Part shown: positions 1 through 8,224 of the stretch, in pieces
Numbering within the stretch: the first letter of the stretch is position 1
Layout of the letters: every line of letters begins with the position of its first letter
Sequence record: OZ346219.1
Length of the DNA stretch: 64,000 bases
Reading direction: 5' to 3' (one strand)
DNA from: a phage
Notes under the pieces: generated by a model
The model's input: the letters and a program-made list of their open reading frames with translations, nothing else
Databases searched by the model: none
What the model was told of the DNA's origin: nothing
Translations under genes and position numbers: made by a program

Positions 1-632
1 CCGCCTAGCTTAGAATGCTGTTTACTGTACCCTTTATTAATCTGCAACGGTTTCTTTTCTGGCATTATAAAGCCTTGTCCGGTCCATAAGCAAGTCTTTT
101 TCGGGTACATATCACGGGCGGCGATATACTCAGGAAAAGTAGGATGTTTATCATCTTCCGGCAAATAACCGCCATATTCCCACGGGTGGAACATGTAATC
201 AGGCTTACGCCACATGCTAGAGATAACGCTTACAGGATTCTCTATCATGTAGGGAACTCCTAGCCATTCACCCAAATAAGCGGTTATTTTAGCTGCCCTT
301 ACATCATGAACTTGAATCAATGGTCCTTGTTCTCGTTTCTTTCGTTCAAAGTGTGCAGCGCCACTAACAGCTAAATTGGTGCACGGTGGGAATGCAAAGA
401 TAATATCCGGTTTCCCCCATTCAAGGTCCATTGCTCTTTCCAGCCAGTTCAAATCAATCCAGGTGTTTACATAGGTAATGTTTGGATGTTCAAATCTGGT
501 ATTATACTTTTTGTATGTGCCGTGGTCGCCATCATCAGCATTAAAGCAGATCACCTTATGACCTGCTTTAGCCCATTCTAGCCCCATTATCCCCGATCCG
601 TCAAAGTTACAGAATATTAATTTTTGTTTCAT
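1..632 (-). CDS. putative DNA (cytosine-5)-methyltransferase-like protein, N-terminal part only (gene runs off the window start)
   Basis: Open minus-strand frame from ATG at 630-632 to position 1, over 200 codons with no stop; hand translation MKQKLIFCNFDGSG...FAFPPCTNLAVSG...MIENP shows FxGxG, PPC and ENV-like motifs; not in ORF track because truncated. Confidence 0.45.
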   Translation of the reverse strand, partial: MKQKLIFCNFDGSGIMGLEWAKAGHKVICFNADDGDHGTYKKYNTRFEHPNITYVNTWIDLNWLERAMDLEWGKPDIIFAFPPCTNLAVSGAAHFERKKREQGPLIQVHDVRAAKITAYLGEWLGVPYMIENPVSVISSMWRKPDYMFHPWEYGGYLPEDDKHPTFPEYIAARDMYPKKTCLWTGQGFIMPEKKPLQINKGYSKQHSKLG

Positions 633-874
633 ATACGCCCCTTTAATCCAACACAGATTTTAGAAGGTTCTTTGCCGTGCCACATTAAGTAAAGTCCGTT
701 AATGCGGCCTTGTTTTGTATATGATTCTTTTCTGATCTTCTTATAGTGTCGTGTTTCCTCAACTGATTGTTTAGAATACCAATCATAAAGGAAGAGGCAC
801 AAAGGCCAACCATTAGCGGCCTTTGTGCAGTTATTAAGAAATTCCTTATTGCGTTTAATTAATTTTCTTTTCAC
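629..874 (-). CDS. hypothetical protein (81 aa)
   Basis: ORF in the minus-strand small-gene array; abuts neighbours with 4-nt overlaps. Confidence 0.4.
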   Translation of the reverse strand: MKRKLIKRNKEFLNNCTKAANGWPLCLFLYDWYSKQSVEETRHYKKIRKESYTKQGRINGLYLMWHGKEPSKICVGLKGRI

Positions 875-1122
875 GCTGCCCCCATTGGTTTGATAGTAAC
901 AGAATCTAAAAGACCTTTGTTAGCCAGTTCGCGGCAAGTTTTCAGATCCGCAACTTCCCAGCCAGCCGCAATCAGGTTATCAATGAGGCTGTTAGCAACT
1001 TCTTCGCTCATGAAAGAGCACTGTTTGCCGATGGTGTAGCGTACACGCTGTAATTTCAGTTTACGGAAGCCTTTAACGTTCAGGTCTTTAGCGATTTTCT
1101 TTGCGGTTTCGATGTTAGCCAT
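871..1122 (-). CDS. hypothetical protein (83 aa)
   Basis: ORF directly downstream of promoter cassette 1163-1191; GGAG 8 nt before ATG. Confidence 0.45.
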   Translation of the reverse strand: MANIETAKKIAKDLNVKGFRKLKLQRVRYTIGKQCSFMSEEVANSLIDNLIAAGWEVADLKTCRELANKGLLDSVTIKPMGAA

Positions 1123-1162
1123 TGTTTGATTCTCCTAAGTGGTATCTCGTCTTGATGGTTGT

Positions 1163-1191
1163 ATTGTAGGGGAGTTATCCTCCCCTGTCAA
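1163..1191 (-). promoter_or_regulatory. early-type promoter cassette (sigma70-like) with spacer palindrome
   Basis: Minus strand TTGACA, 17-bp spacer GGGGAGGATAACTCCCC, TACAAT; A-rich upstream; conserved leader with GGAG. Confidence 0.6.
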
Positions 1192-1205
1192 CACTTTTTA
1201 TAAAA

Positions 1206-1373
1206 TTATTTGTTAATTTCCGGTGCGTTGCTCGGATAGTAACCTTCTTTAACACCCAGATATTTTGCAACCATCCCTACAATCTTCTGTGCTACTACAA
1301 TGTCAAATTTCAGATAATCTTCGCCGTGGGTTTCAATGATATATGCTTCACATGCTGCTTTAGTCTCGAACAT
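1206..1373 (-). CDS. small hypothetical protein (55 aa), duplicate copy 1
   Basis: Hand translation MFETKAACEAYIIETHGEDYLKFDIVVAQKIVGMVAKYLGVKEGYYPSNAPEINK; near-identical second copy at 4492-4659; promoter cassette upstream. Confidence 0.4.
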   Translation of the reverse strand: MFETKAACEAYIIETHGEDYLKFDIVVAQKIVGMVAKYLGVKEGYYPSNAPEINK

Positions 1374-1406
1374 TTTGATTCTCCTATTTCGTTTCGTTAT
1401 GTGTGT

Positions 1407-1435
1407 ATTATAGGGGATCTCCCGATCCCCGTCAA
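1407..1435 (-). promoter_or_regulatory. early-type promoter cassette with spacer palindrome
   Basis: TTGACG, 17-bp spacer GGGATCGGGAGATCCCC, TATAAT. Confidence 0.6.
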
Positions 1436-1449
1436 CAACTTTTTTAAAA

Positions 1450-1731
1450 TTATTCGTGATTAGTTTCGATGTTGTGCATTTTGCACCAGTTCAGCCAATC
1501 GCCCAGATCTTGATAGTTGATGCTTTTATCTGCTGCCATCGTTTTTGTCTTGATACCCATATGTGCGTTATGAGTAAGCATTTTTACAGTGAACTCGATT
1601 TTATCGCCTTTAGCTTTAACATCAACCAGTTTTGTCCACTGGCTACCAGCACCGCGAATGTTCATACCAACGATGTTTCCGATGTATGCTTCTTTGTTTT
1701 TCAGGATTTCGGTTGCTTTGATGAATTTCAT
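1450..1731 (-). CDS. hypothetical protein (93 aa)
   Basis: ORF downstream of promoter cassette 1765-1793 with conserved leader and GGAG. Confidence 0.45.
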   Translation of the reverse strand: MKFIKATEILKNKEAYIGNIVGMNIRGAGSQWTKLVDVKAKGDKIEFTVKMLTHNAHMGIKTKTMAADKSINYQDLGDWLNWCKMHNIETNHE

Positions 1732-1764
1732 TTTTGATTCTCCAGTTCGTTTCGGTATGGGTGT

Positions 1765-1793
1765 ATTATGCTATGTTCTTACTTTGGTGTCAA
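1765..1793 (-). promoter_or_regulatory. early-type promoter cassette
   Basis: TTGACA, 17 bp, CATAAT; same upstream A-tract and leader, no spacer palindrome. Confidence 0.5.
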
Positions 1794-1802
1794 CAACTTT
1801 TT

Positions 1803-2072
1803 TTAGATATTTTCAGAAATAAATTTTAAAACTTGACGTAAATGTTTCTCATCTTTGATAGTCGCCGGAAGTTCTTCTTTTACTTCCTGTGCAAGATAGA
1901 TATTTCCGTTCCAAGTGAAAGATCCGTCTTCGTTTACGCGATAGCTGAACATCCACTCGCAATCATTTTCGATTTCATATACACACAGAAGGGTGTAATC
2001 GTTAAAGCTATTGATTTCAAGGTCGAAGCCGTGACGTTTTGCAAAGTTGGTAGTGGTTTTAGTCAGCGCCAT
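1803..2072 (-). CDS. hypothetical protein (89 aa)
   Basis: ORF downstream of promoter cassette 2113-2141. Confidence 0.45.
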   Translation of the reverse strand: MALTKTTTNFAKRHGFDLEINSFNDYTLLCVYEIENDCEWMFSYRVNEDGSFTWNGNIYLAQEVKEELPATIKDEKHLRQVLKFISENI

Positions 2073-2112
2073 TGTTTGATTCTCCTAAGTGGTATCTCGT
2101 TTCGATGGGTGT

Positions 2113-2141
2113 ATTATGCTATAGGCGTGATCTGGTGTCAA
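2113..2141 (-). promoter_or_regulatory. early-type promoter cassette
   Basis: TTGACA, 17 bp, CATAAT; conserved leader. Confidence 0.5.
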
Positions 2142-2162
2142 CAACTTTTTTAATTTTTTGGA

Positions 2163-2190
2163 AATAAAAAAGCCGACACTAAGGTCGGCT
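2163..2190 (-). terminator. intrinsic terminator after ORF 2202-2507
   Basis: Minus-strand hairpin AGCCGACcttagtGTCGGCT followed by TTTTTTATTTC. Confidence 0.6.
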
Positions 2191-2201
2191 AATAAAATCA
2201 T

Positions 2202-2507
2202 TTAGACAAAATAATCATTCAGTGCAATCCGGTCGGCGTATGCTGGTGTTACGTCAATCGCAATCACTTTAACGCGTGCTTTCTTGCGACCTGGGTTTTC
2301 TCGTAACCAGTGCTCATGACCGTGAACATTTTTATACTTTGATGCTTCTTCAAATGTACGGATCGGACCTGGATAATCTGCGTAAAGGATCTCTAGGTCT
2401 TCGGTGATGTAAAAATATACATCATAATTACTGTTCTCTAGTTTAAGCAGAGACTTTCGGAACATTGGGAGATTTTCGCGGGTAAATTCAAAGATATTAT
2501 CTTTCAT
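2202..2507 (-). CDS. small protein, HxHW paralog family member A
   Basis: 101 aa; shares YFYITEDLEILYADY...HGHEHW...VIAIDV core with five neighbours. Confidence 0.5.
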   Translation of the reverse strand: MKDNIFEFTRENLPMFRKSLLKLENSNYDVYFYITEDLEILYADYPGPIRTFEEASKYKNVHGHEHWLRENPGRKKARVKVIAIDVTPAYADRIALNDYFV

Positions 2508-2560
2508 AGTATTATCCTCAATAGTTTGATGAAAAGGGGTGGGGCTTAACGCCCCGTATA

Positions 2561-2848
2561 TTAAAACAGTCCTTCCTGTACACCGTAGTAGAGTTCATCG
2601 CTGATAATTTCATTAATGCGACGGTGTGCATATTCCTGATTTGCGAAGTTATCAGCAAGTTCTACTTTAGTTTCTCCGTCATGAGTCCATTTAGTGATAA
2701 CTTTACCATCTGCAAATTTGAAGTTGAACTCTTTAGCTACTGCATCGCGTACCAGACGTGCGAACTTGTTATTACGGATTGCATTATCGGTTTCGTGTGC
2801 AGCGTGAGCGAATTTGTTAACTTTCAGAGTGATAGTAATGTATGCCAT
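2561..2848 (-). CDS. hypothetical protein (95 aa)
   Basis: ORF behind promoter cassette 2895-2923; shares an AKEFN-K segment with the ORF at 5855-6166. Confidence 0.45.
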   Translation of the reverse strand: MAYITITLKVNKFAHAAHETDNAIRNNKFARLVRDAVAKEFNFKFADGKVITKWTHDGETKVELADNFANQEYAHRRINEIISDELYYGVQEGLF

Positions 2849-2894
2849 AATTTGATTCTCCTAGTTAGAAAGTGTATCTCGTTTCGATGGGTGT

Positions 2895-2923
2895 ATTATG
2901 CTATACACCCGATCTTATGTCAA
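2895..2923 (-). promoter_or_regulatory. early-type promoter cassette
   Basis: TTGACA, 17 bp, CATAAT; conserved leader. Confidence 0.5.
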
Positions 2924-2929
2924 CACTTT

Positions 2930-3223
2930 TTATAAAATAATTTTTTGATATTTTTCTATGATGTTTGTGTAGGTCACGTCAACCGCTAGCACCGTTGCTT
3001 CGAATCCACCGTTTAGCCAATGGCTATGATCATGATCGTGAAAGAAACCAAGACCAGTACGAAGACCTTCTTTATATTCGGCGCGTACATTTAGATCATC
3101 ATCGATAAACAGATAAAACCATGAATTTTTACTAGGATTGATGATACAACCTTTCAGATTAGGGAGAATATCACGACTAAGAATAAACTTATCACCTACT
3201 TTGAACATAATATTAGTCCTCAT
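2930..3223 (-). CDS. small protein, HxHW paralog family member B
   Basis: 97 aa; FYLFIDDDL...HDHDHSHW...VLAVDV. Confidence 0.5.
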   Translation of the reverse strand: MRTNIMFKVGDKFILSRDILPNLKGCIINPSKNSWFYLFIDDDLNVRAEYKEGLRTGLGFFHDHDHSHWLNGGFEATVLAVDVTYTNIIEKYQKIIL

Positions 3224-3533
3224 TTATAAGGTCAAACCAATTGTTTTTCGCATAATGCTTAATGCGTGCTTGATCTGCTTCCGCTGGTGATAGATTCCAT
3301 GCAACCACTACAACTTCTGACGCATCGTCATCCGTTTCTGATACCCAATGATTGTGATTCATACAGTTATTTGCGATCGAGTGAGCAAATGATTTCATCA
3401 CTGGAGACGTATAATCATAGTAACGGATTTTCAGATTTTCATCAACGTACAAATAGATCGTATAAGGTTTATATTCAGTAACCAGTAACAGACAGTTACG
3501 CAATTCTGGGAAAATCTTTTTAGTTAATTTCAT
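3213..3533 (-). CDS. small protein, HxHW paralog family member C (divergent)
   Basis: Start trimmed to internal Met (MKLTKK); IYLYVDENL...NHNHW...VVVVAW. Confidence 0.4.
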   Translation of the reverse strand: MKLTKKIFPELRNCLLLVTEYKPYTIYLYVDENLKIRYYDYTSPVMKSFAHSIANNCMNHNHWVSETDDDASEVVVVAWNLSPAEADQARIKHYAKNNWFDLINED

Positions 3534-3534
3534 T

Positions 3535-3753
3535 TTATAATCCTCGGTCGCGGCTATAGTACACGGTACGCCATACAATTTCATGTTTCGTGTCGCTCCA
3601 GCACACGATCTCATTTACTCTTAAATCTTTGTTATCAACAAAAGATGAACATTGTGACGCTTCTTTCATCATTTTATCTGCTGTTTTCTCATCAAATACA
3701 GCACAGATTTCTTTATACACTCGATAATCTTTGAATTGACTCTGAATACCCAT
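3535..3753 (-). CDS. small hypothetical protein, paralog of 3713-3976
   Basis: FKDYRVYKEICAVFDEKTADKMMKEASQCSSF versus FKEYKAYQQILRVYAPEFAEKMMEDASKCPSF in the neighbour; start uncertain. Confidence 0.35.
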   Translation of the reverse strand: MGIQSQFKDYRVYKEICAVFDEKTADKMMKEASQCSSFVDNKDLRVNEIVCWSDTKHEIVWRTVYYSRDRGL

Positions 3754-3976
3754 AATTAACACCATTCCAACCAATTGTTTTTGAGAAAACGTTTATCCAC
3801 TGTTGAGTGTAACATGTTTCTTTCCATGATACAATACGAGTAGAATAATGGTTTTTGTTTCCAGAAAAGGACGGGCATTTTGATGCATCTTCCATCATCT
3901 TTTCGGCGAACTCTGGTGCGTATACTCGCAGGATCTGTTGATATGCTTTGTATTCTTTAAATTTGCTCATAATCAT
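3713..3976 (-). CDS. small hypothetical protein, paralog of 3535-3753
   Basis: 87-aa ORF; tandem paralog pair. Confidence 0.4.
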   Translation of the reverse strand: MIMSKFKEYKAYQQILRVYAPEFAEKMMEDASKCPSFSGNKNHYSTRIVSWKETCYTQQWINVFSKTIGWNGVNYGYSESIQRLSSV

Positions 3977-4235
3977 TCACTACCTTATCAGCTTCTTTTG
4001 TTGTTTTTACATCAACTGCGATAACTCGTAAAGGTTCGTCATGGTTCCACCAGTGGTCATGAATATCAGCTTGTGATTTATCACCAAAGGAATCACGAAT
4101 ATCATTTTTACATTTATAGCTAATGTGACCTTCATAGTCAACATAAAGGTAATTATCGAAAATCGGCGTTTTTAAGATCATACCGAAAAATCTTTCTTTG
4201 TGTGTCTTATCCAGCGTTGCAGTAATTCGCATCAT
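3957..4235 (-). CDS. small protein, HxHW paralog family member D
   Basis: 92 aa; YLYVDYEGHISY...DIHDHWW...VIAVDV; promoter cassette 4460-4488 upstream. Confidence 0.5.
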   Translation of the reverse strand: MMRITATLDKTHKERFFGMILKTPIFDNYLYVDYEGHISYKCKNDIRDSFGDKSQADIHDHWWNHDEPLRVIAVDVKTTKEADKVVNDYEQI

Positions 4236-4459
4236 AATATATTCCTCTTAGAAAGGGATGGTCATTTCTTGAGCTTGTACGTTCTCGTTAGGATTAAACT
4301 TCATCCAGCCGATATTGTCTACCAGCATATGCACATTTTTATCATATCCTACGTGGGTAGTCAATACTGTATGTGCTTTACCTTCAATGATGAGTTCCAT
4401 GTACTTCTGAACTTCGATAGCTTTCATTTTGATTCTCCGTTTGTTGTCTTGATGGGAGT

Positions 4460-4488
4460 ATCTTACTACTCCCTTTAATCATTGTCAA
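4460..4488 (-). promoter_or_regulatory. early-type promoter cassette with palindrome across the -10
   Basis: TTGACA, 17 bp, TAAGAT; palindrome GGGAGTAgtaagaTACTCCC places the -10 in the loop. Confidence 0.55.
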
Positions 4489-4491
4489 CTA

Positions 4492-4659
4492 TTATTTGTT
4501 AATTTCCGGTGCGTTGCTCGGATAGTAACCTTCTTTAACACCCAGATATTTTGCAACCATTCCGGTGATCTTCTGTGCTACTACGATATCGAATTTCAGG
4601 TAGTCTTCACCGTGGTTTGCTACAATGTATGCTTCGCATTCTGCTTTAGTCTGGAACAT
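4492..4659 (-). CDS. small hypothetical protein (55 aa), duplicate copy 2
   Basis: Same length and near-identical nucleotide sequence to 1206-1373; own promoter cassette 4692-4720. Confidence 0.4.
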   Translation of the reverse strand: MFQTKAECEAYIVANHGEDYLKFDIVVAQKITGMVAKYLGVKEGYYPSNAPEINK

Positions 4660-4691
4660 TTTTGATTCTCCTATCTCGTTGGTATGTGTGC

Positions 4692-4720
4692 ATTATAGGG
4701 GATCACCGATCCCCTGTCAA
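4692..4720 (-). promoter_or_regulatory. early-type promoter cassette with spacer palindrome
   Basis: TTGACA, spacer GGGGATCGGTGATCCCC, TATAAT. Confidence 0.6.
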
Positions 4721-4725
4721 CAACT

Positions 4726-5019
4726 TTATAATGCTTTATATGCGTATTTCATAAATTTGTCTGCCACTTCATTGGCATGTTCAGATTCTACGCCTGATTC
4801 TAGAACAATAGCTAGGTCGGTTTCGTCATTCCCGCCGTACCAATGATTTGATGTTCGATTTTTTTCAATTGGAAATTGGTCACTTTTATCTGTGCGACAA
4901 AATACATCTAAATGCTCGTCGATGTAAAAGATCCAATCTTCATAAAGAATAACGGTATTAGCCAGATTTTTATTGCCTTCAACGAAAGGTTCGGCTACAA
5001 ACAAATTAGTATGTTCCAT
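4726..5019 (-). CDS. small protein, HxHW paralog family member E (divergent)
   Basis: Start trimmed to Met20; IFYIDEHLDVF...TSNHW...AIVLESGVE. Confidence 0.4.
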   Translation of the reverse strand: MEHTNLFVAEPFVEGNKNLANTVILYEDWIFYIDEHLDVFCRTDKSDQFPIEKNRTSNHWYGGNDETDLAIVLESGVESEHANEVADKFMKYAYKAL

Positions 5020-5035
5020 AGTATTTTCCTCAAAA

Positions 5036-5227
5036 TTATACAGCTTCGTAAACTTCCCAATGTCCAACACCAGCACGCTTAACGAAAAGGTTTTCTTTTA
5101 TGTTATTCATAAACGTCTGGATGGATTTAATGCGGTTTGAAGGTTTCCATTCTTCGTTGGCATTGCGTCGATACATCATAACATTACCAGTTCGCTTATA
5201 TTCAGCAACCATTTTAAGACCACACAT
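5036..5227 (-). CDS. hypothetical protein (63 aa)
   Basis: ORF in minus-strand array. Confidence 0.35.
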   Translation of the reverse strand: MCGLKMVAEYKRTGNVMMYRRNANEEWKPSNRIKSIQTFMNNIKENLFVKRAGVGHWEVYEAV

Positions 5228-5283
5228 AATATTATCCTCAATTTGTGGGAGAGTATTACCCTCCCGATTATTGTTATACTACA

Positions 5284-5586
5284 TTACGCAAAATGGCGTG
5301 TCAATGCTTCTTTTGCTGTTCCGCTAAGATTCTCGATCTCTCCTGGCATAACCTCAACCGCAAGAACTTCTACAACATCCTCTGATCCTAACCAGTGAGT
5401 ATGACCTTTGTAGAACTTGATATCCCATTTATCGCTATCGCTAGCCCACCACACATCACCGTCGATAAAGTTGATGTAAAGCACACTACGACACATTGAA
5501 TTAATTACTTTCAATACTGCGCCTTTCATCTCTTCCACGGTATGGTCTTCCATTTTGAAGACCTCGCCTACCTTAACTTTTGCCAT
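5284..5586 (-). CDS. small protein, HxHW paralog family member F
   Basis: 100 aa; LYINFIDGDVWW...KGHTHW...VLAVEV. Confidence 0.5.
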   Translation of the reverse strand: MAKVKVGEVFKMEDHTVEEMKGAVLKVINSMCRSVLYINFIDGDVWWASDSDKWDIKFYKGHTHWLGSEDVVEVLAVEVMPGEIENLSGTAKEALTRHFA

Positions 5587-5603
5587 TTAGTCACCTCTCT
5601 TTA

Positions 5604-5783
5604 TTACATAACAATCACGCCAGCCGTTGAAAGTTGATGTTTCAACTGAGCATTTTCTGCTACCGTCAAATCAATGATTTCTTGTGACGCTGCAATCATA
5701 TAGCCATTGGTGATATTGTTTTGCATCAGTTCAATGGTTTCTTCGTTGTAGCGGATTTTAGCGATGATTTCGTTGAAGTTCAT
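5604..5783 (-). CDS. hypothetical protein (about 59 aa)
   Basis: Start trimmed to Met just downstream of promoter cassette 5818-5846 (ATG at 5781-5783 preceded by GGAGAATCAAT). Confidence 0.35.
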   Translation of the reverse strand: MNFNEIIAKIRYNEETIELMQNNITNGYMIAASQEIIDLTVAENAQLKHQLSTAGVIVM

Positions 5784-5817
5784 AATTGATTCTCCTAGTT
5801 CGTTTCGGTATGTGTGT

Positions 5818-5846
5818 AGTATAGGGGATCGGTGATCCCCTGTCAA
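5818..5846 (-). promoter_or_regulatory. early-type promoter cassette with spacer palindrome
   Basis: TTGACA, spacer GGGGATCACCGATCCCC, TATACT. Confidence 0.55.
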
Positions 5847-5854
5847 CAACTTTT

Positions 5855-6166
5855 TTAAAGTTTTTCCATGATAACGGTCATAATTACATCTTCTGCGCGA
5901 GCGGTCAGATTATCAGCGTCAGCATGTGGGCGGTTGGTTGTTACAGAGATAACACCGTTGCGCACTGGTTTGATGTTGATATCAAGATGATCCGCGAAAC
6001 GTTCGCCAGTTACAGAATGAATTTTGGTGTTAAATTCTTTTGCCAGTGCCTTGCGAACTTCACGAATCAGGGTAGCGTTTTTCAGTTGGTTCTCCGCGCT
6101 CATGGTCTTCTTGGTGTTCATGGTTCCGTCGAAGTCAATCATTGGCAGCGTTACGATGTATTTCAT
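5855..6166 (-). CDS. hypothetical protein (about 103 aa)
   Basis: Start trimmed to Met21 downstream of promoter cassette 6212-6240. Confidence 0.4.
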   Translation of the reverse strand: MKYIVTLPMIDFDGTMNTKKTMSAENQLKNATLIREVRKALAKEFNTKIHSVTGERFADHLDINIKPVRNGVISVTTNRPHADADNLTARAEDVIMTVIMEKL

Positions 6167-6211
6167 TTTTGATTCTCCGTTTAAGAAAGTGTGTTTCGTT
6201 TTGATGTGTGT

Positions 6212-6240
6212 AGTATAGGGGATCACCGATCCCCTGTCAA
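6212..6240 (-). promoter_or_regulatory. early-type promoter cassette with spacer palindrome
   Basis: TTGACA, spacer GGGGATCGGTGATCCCC, TATACT. Confidence 0.55.
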
Positions 6241-6252
6241 CAACTTTTTGAA

Positions 6253-6729
6253 TTATTTTTCTTGATGCTCGCGATCGTACTTTTCGAAATAAAATTCTAC
6301 TGGCTGGTCATGAATTGACAGTAAGCCAAAGCGTTTAGCCGCTCGCAATCCCATATTGCGCTGAATGTACTTCTGGAAGTTCTCGCGTATACACTTACGC
6401 CAGTATTCTAAGCCCATACAGCTTTTATAAAGATTGCATTGCACACACGCCGGATTCATGTTATCAAGTATATCATGTTCCGGTTTATGCATTCCTACAA
6501 CCTTATACTTCCACGATCCATCATCATTACGGGCAATTCGTCCATTTTCATCATAGACTACCTTTGAGCGTCGCAATACTGGTTTGATGTGGTCTGCGTG
6601 CCAGCGATCCCCTAGTTCCTCGCCACAATAGGCACAACGTCCACCATATTTCATTTTCAGGATCTGGCGTTGCTCTTTCTTTGACATTTTTTTAGGTTTA
6701 GGGGCTTTCGCCCCTTCATTATCACACAT
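6253..6729 (-). CDS. HNH-type endonuclease-like zinc-finger protein
   Basis: CAYCGEELGDRWHADHIKP (CxxC...HxDH) plus downstream CVQC; start may be the internal Met at 6687. Confidence 0.5.
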   Translation of the reverse strand: MCDNEGAKAPKPKKMSKKEQRQILKMKYGGRCAYCGEELGDRWHADHIKPVLRRSKVVYDENGRIARNDDGSWKYKVVGMHKPEHDILDNMNPACVQCNLYKSCMGLEYWRKCIRENFQKYIQRNMGLRAAKRFGLLSIHDQPVEFYFEKYDREHQEK

Positions 6730-8224
6730 CGAATACCTCTTTTACTGTATTTGCAGTGGTCTTGTCGTATCGAATACGTTTGATGATCGGGAGAAATAAA
6801 GAGAACTCCGGTTCATCTTCTTTACGTGATTTGCTGCGGATATACCCGTTGCATGTCATCTCAATGACTTTTCCAATCAGGTTATGACGGTCAGCCCATA
6901 ACATTTCTCGGTCGAGTTCATTTCGACGATCGAACGGAATTACACGTTCAGTACCATCATCACCTTTTTCGGTTGTAGTGTCGGTTAATCCCGATCCGGT
7001 GTTAGTCATCATTCGTCCGCACGCACTACGGACAGTAAAACCGCCTACCTTATTGGGGTCTTTACTATGCGGATATACATCAACAATTTCCGCGTCGAAG
7101 TCAATCACTTCTTTAAATTTAACCTGATCTTTACTACGGCGATCTTCAAATACACCATGTAAATTTTTAAGGATAATACCTTCTAAGCCCATGTTGACAT
7201 AACGATGATATACTTCGCGAGCTTCATCGATATTGTTAACTACAGTGTTTTCGATGATCTGAACACGAGGATCGTTAAGTTCTTCAACAATCTGTTTTAG
7301 TTCTTCGAATCGATCTTTATATTGCTTCGTTGCTTTCTCGTTTCCGTAATACACATCACGGTCGATAACATCCCAGACAGTGTAAACAATACATTGGGCT
7401 TCTTCTTTTGGAATAGTTCCTTTCAGTGATTTGTTGAGGATACCATTTCCGGTCTGACGATCTGCAACAACGGATTCTTTTACTGCTTCCGCTACTGGCG
7501 TTAATGGCATTTCCTCTTCTTCAAATATCCATGACAGAGTACCATCATAAACGCTTTCAACGAAGTTCTGCGCTGGTGTTTGCGAAAGGGTAGGCATATA
7601 TACCAATTCCCCATCTAGAACAATTCCACGGCCTCGTAGACGCTCTAAAACCGCAAACAAATCATCAAGCCCTTGATAGGTATTACCTGAGCGGGTATAG
7701 ATTGCTAATGTTTCCCCGTCAATATCAGCCATACCACGAGCGCCATCGCTTTTAAGTTGTGCATACGCCGGATACTTGATATTAGCAATAGTCTTATCAG
7801 AACATGACGATGCAAGGTGGCACGGTTGCTGAGGGATCAGTTTCTTCCATACCTTGTTTGCGGTGGTAGCGGAACAACCGCATTCCAGATCACGATTCAG
7901 GACCATCATTGCAACTTTAGCATCATCCTCTGACAAGCAAGTCAGAGTATCGGTAACTAGCTGTAATGCTGCATTACCAGTTACTTGACGCGTGGCAAGT
8001 TTATTTTTAAAGACCTGTAATGCACCGGATAAAGACAATACAGACGAATAGCGAGATGGTTTATCGTATTTCTTTACGCCAAACGTAACCTGTTTGCAAT
8101 ATGCCAGATAAAAGCATTCTTTCAGCGTTTCATTGCTTGCTGATTCTTTCAGAATCTTTTCTTTCAGCGATGTTTTGTCTGTTGCTGCAAGCTGATTAAT
8201 GATATTAAGAATTGACATTTTCAC
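6722..8224 (-). CDS. 30: ATP-dependent DNA ligase (T4 gp30-like)
   Basis: 500 aa; adenylation motif LKSDGARG; T4-like length and position. Confidence 0.9.
   Translation of the reverse strand: MKMSILNIINQLAATDKTSLKEKILKESASNETLKECFYLAYCKQVTFGVKKYDKPSRYSSVLSLSGALQVFKNKLATRQVTGNAALQLVTDTLTCLSEDDAKVAMMVLNRDLECGCSATTANKVWKKLIPQQPCHLASSCSDKTIANIKYPAYAQLKSDGARGMADIDGETLAIYTRSGNTYQGLDDLFAVLERLRGRGIVLDGELVYMPTLSQTPAQNFVESVYDGTLSWIFEEEEMPLTPVAEAVKESVVADRQTGNGILNKSLKGTIPKEEAQCIVYTVWDVIDRDVYYGNEKATKQYKDRFEELKQIVEELNDPRVQIIENTVVNNIDEAREVYHRYVNMGLEGIILKNLHGVFEDRRSKDQVKFKEVIDFDAEIVDVYPHSKDPNKVGGFTVRSACGRMMTNTGSGLTDTTTEKGDDGTERVIPFDRRNELDREMLWADRHNLIGKVIEMTCNGYIRSKSRKEDEPEFSLFLPIIKRIRYDKTTANTVKEVFDV

Noticed and set aside
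1123-6250. Regularly recurring about 90-bp repeats that could be mistaken for a CRISPR array or MITEs
   Set aside because: Spacing is irregular (0.25 to 1.5 kb), each unit contains -35/-10 promoter elements and a ribosome-binding site in fixed orientation before an ORF, and there is no repeat-spacer periodicity or cas gene.
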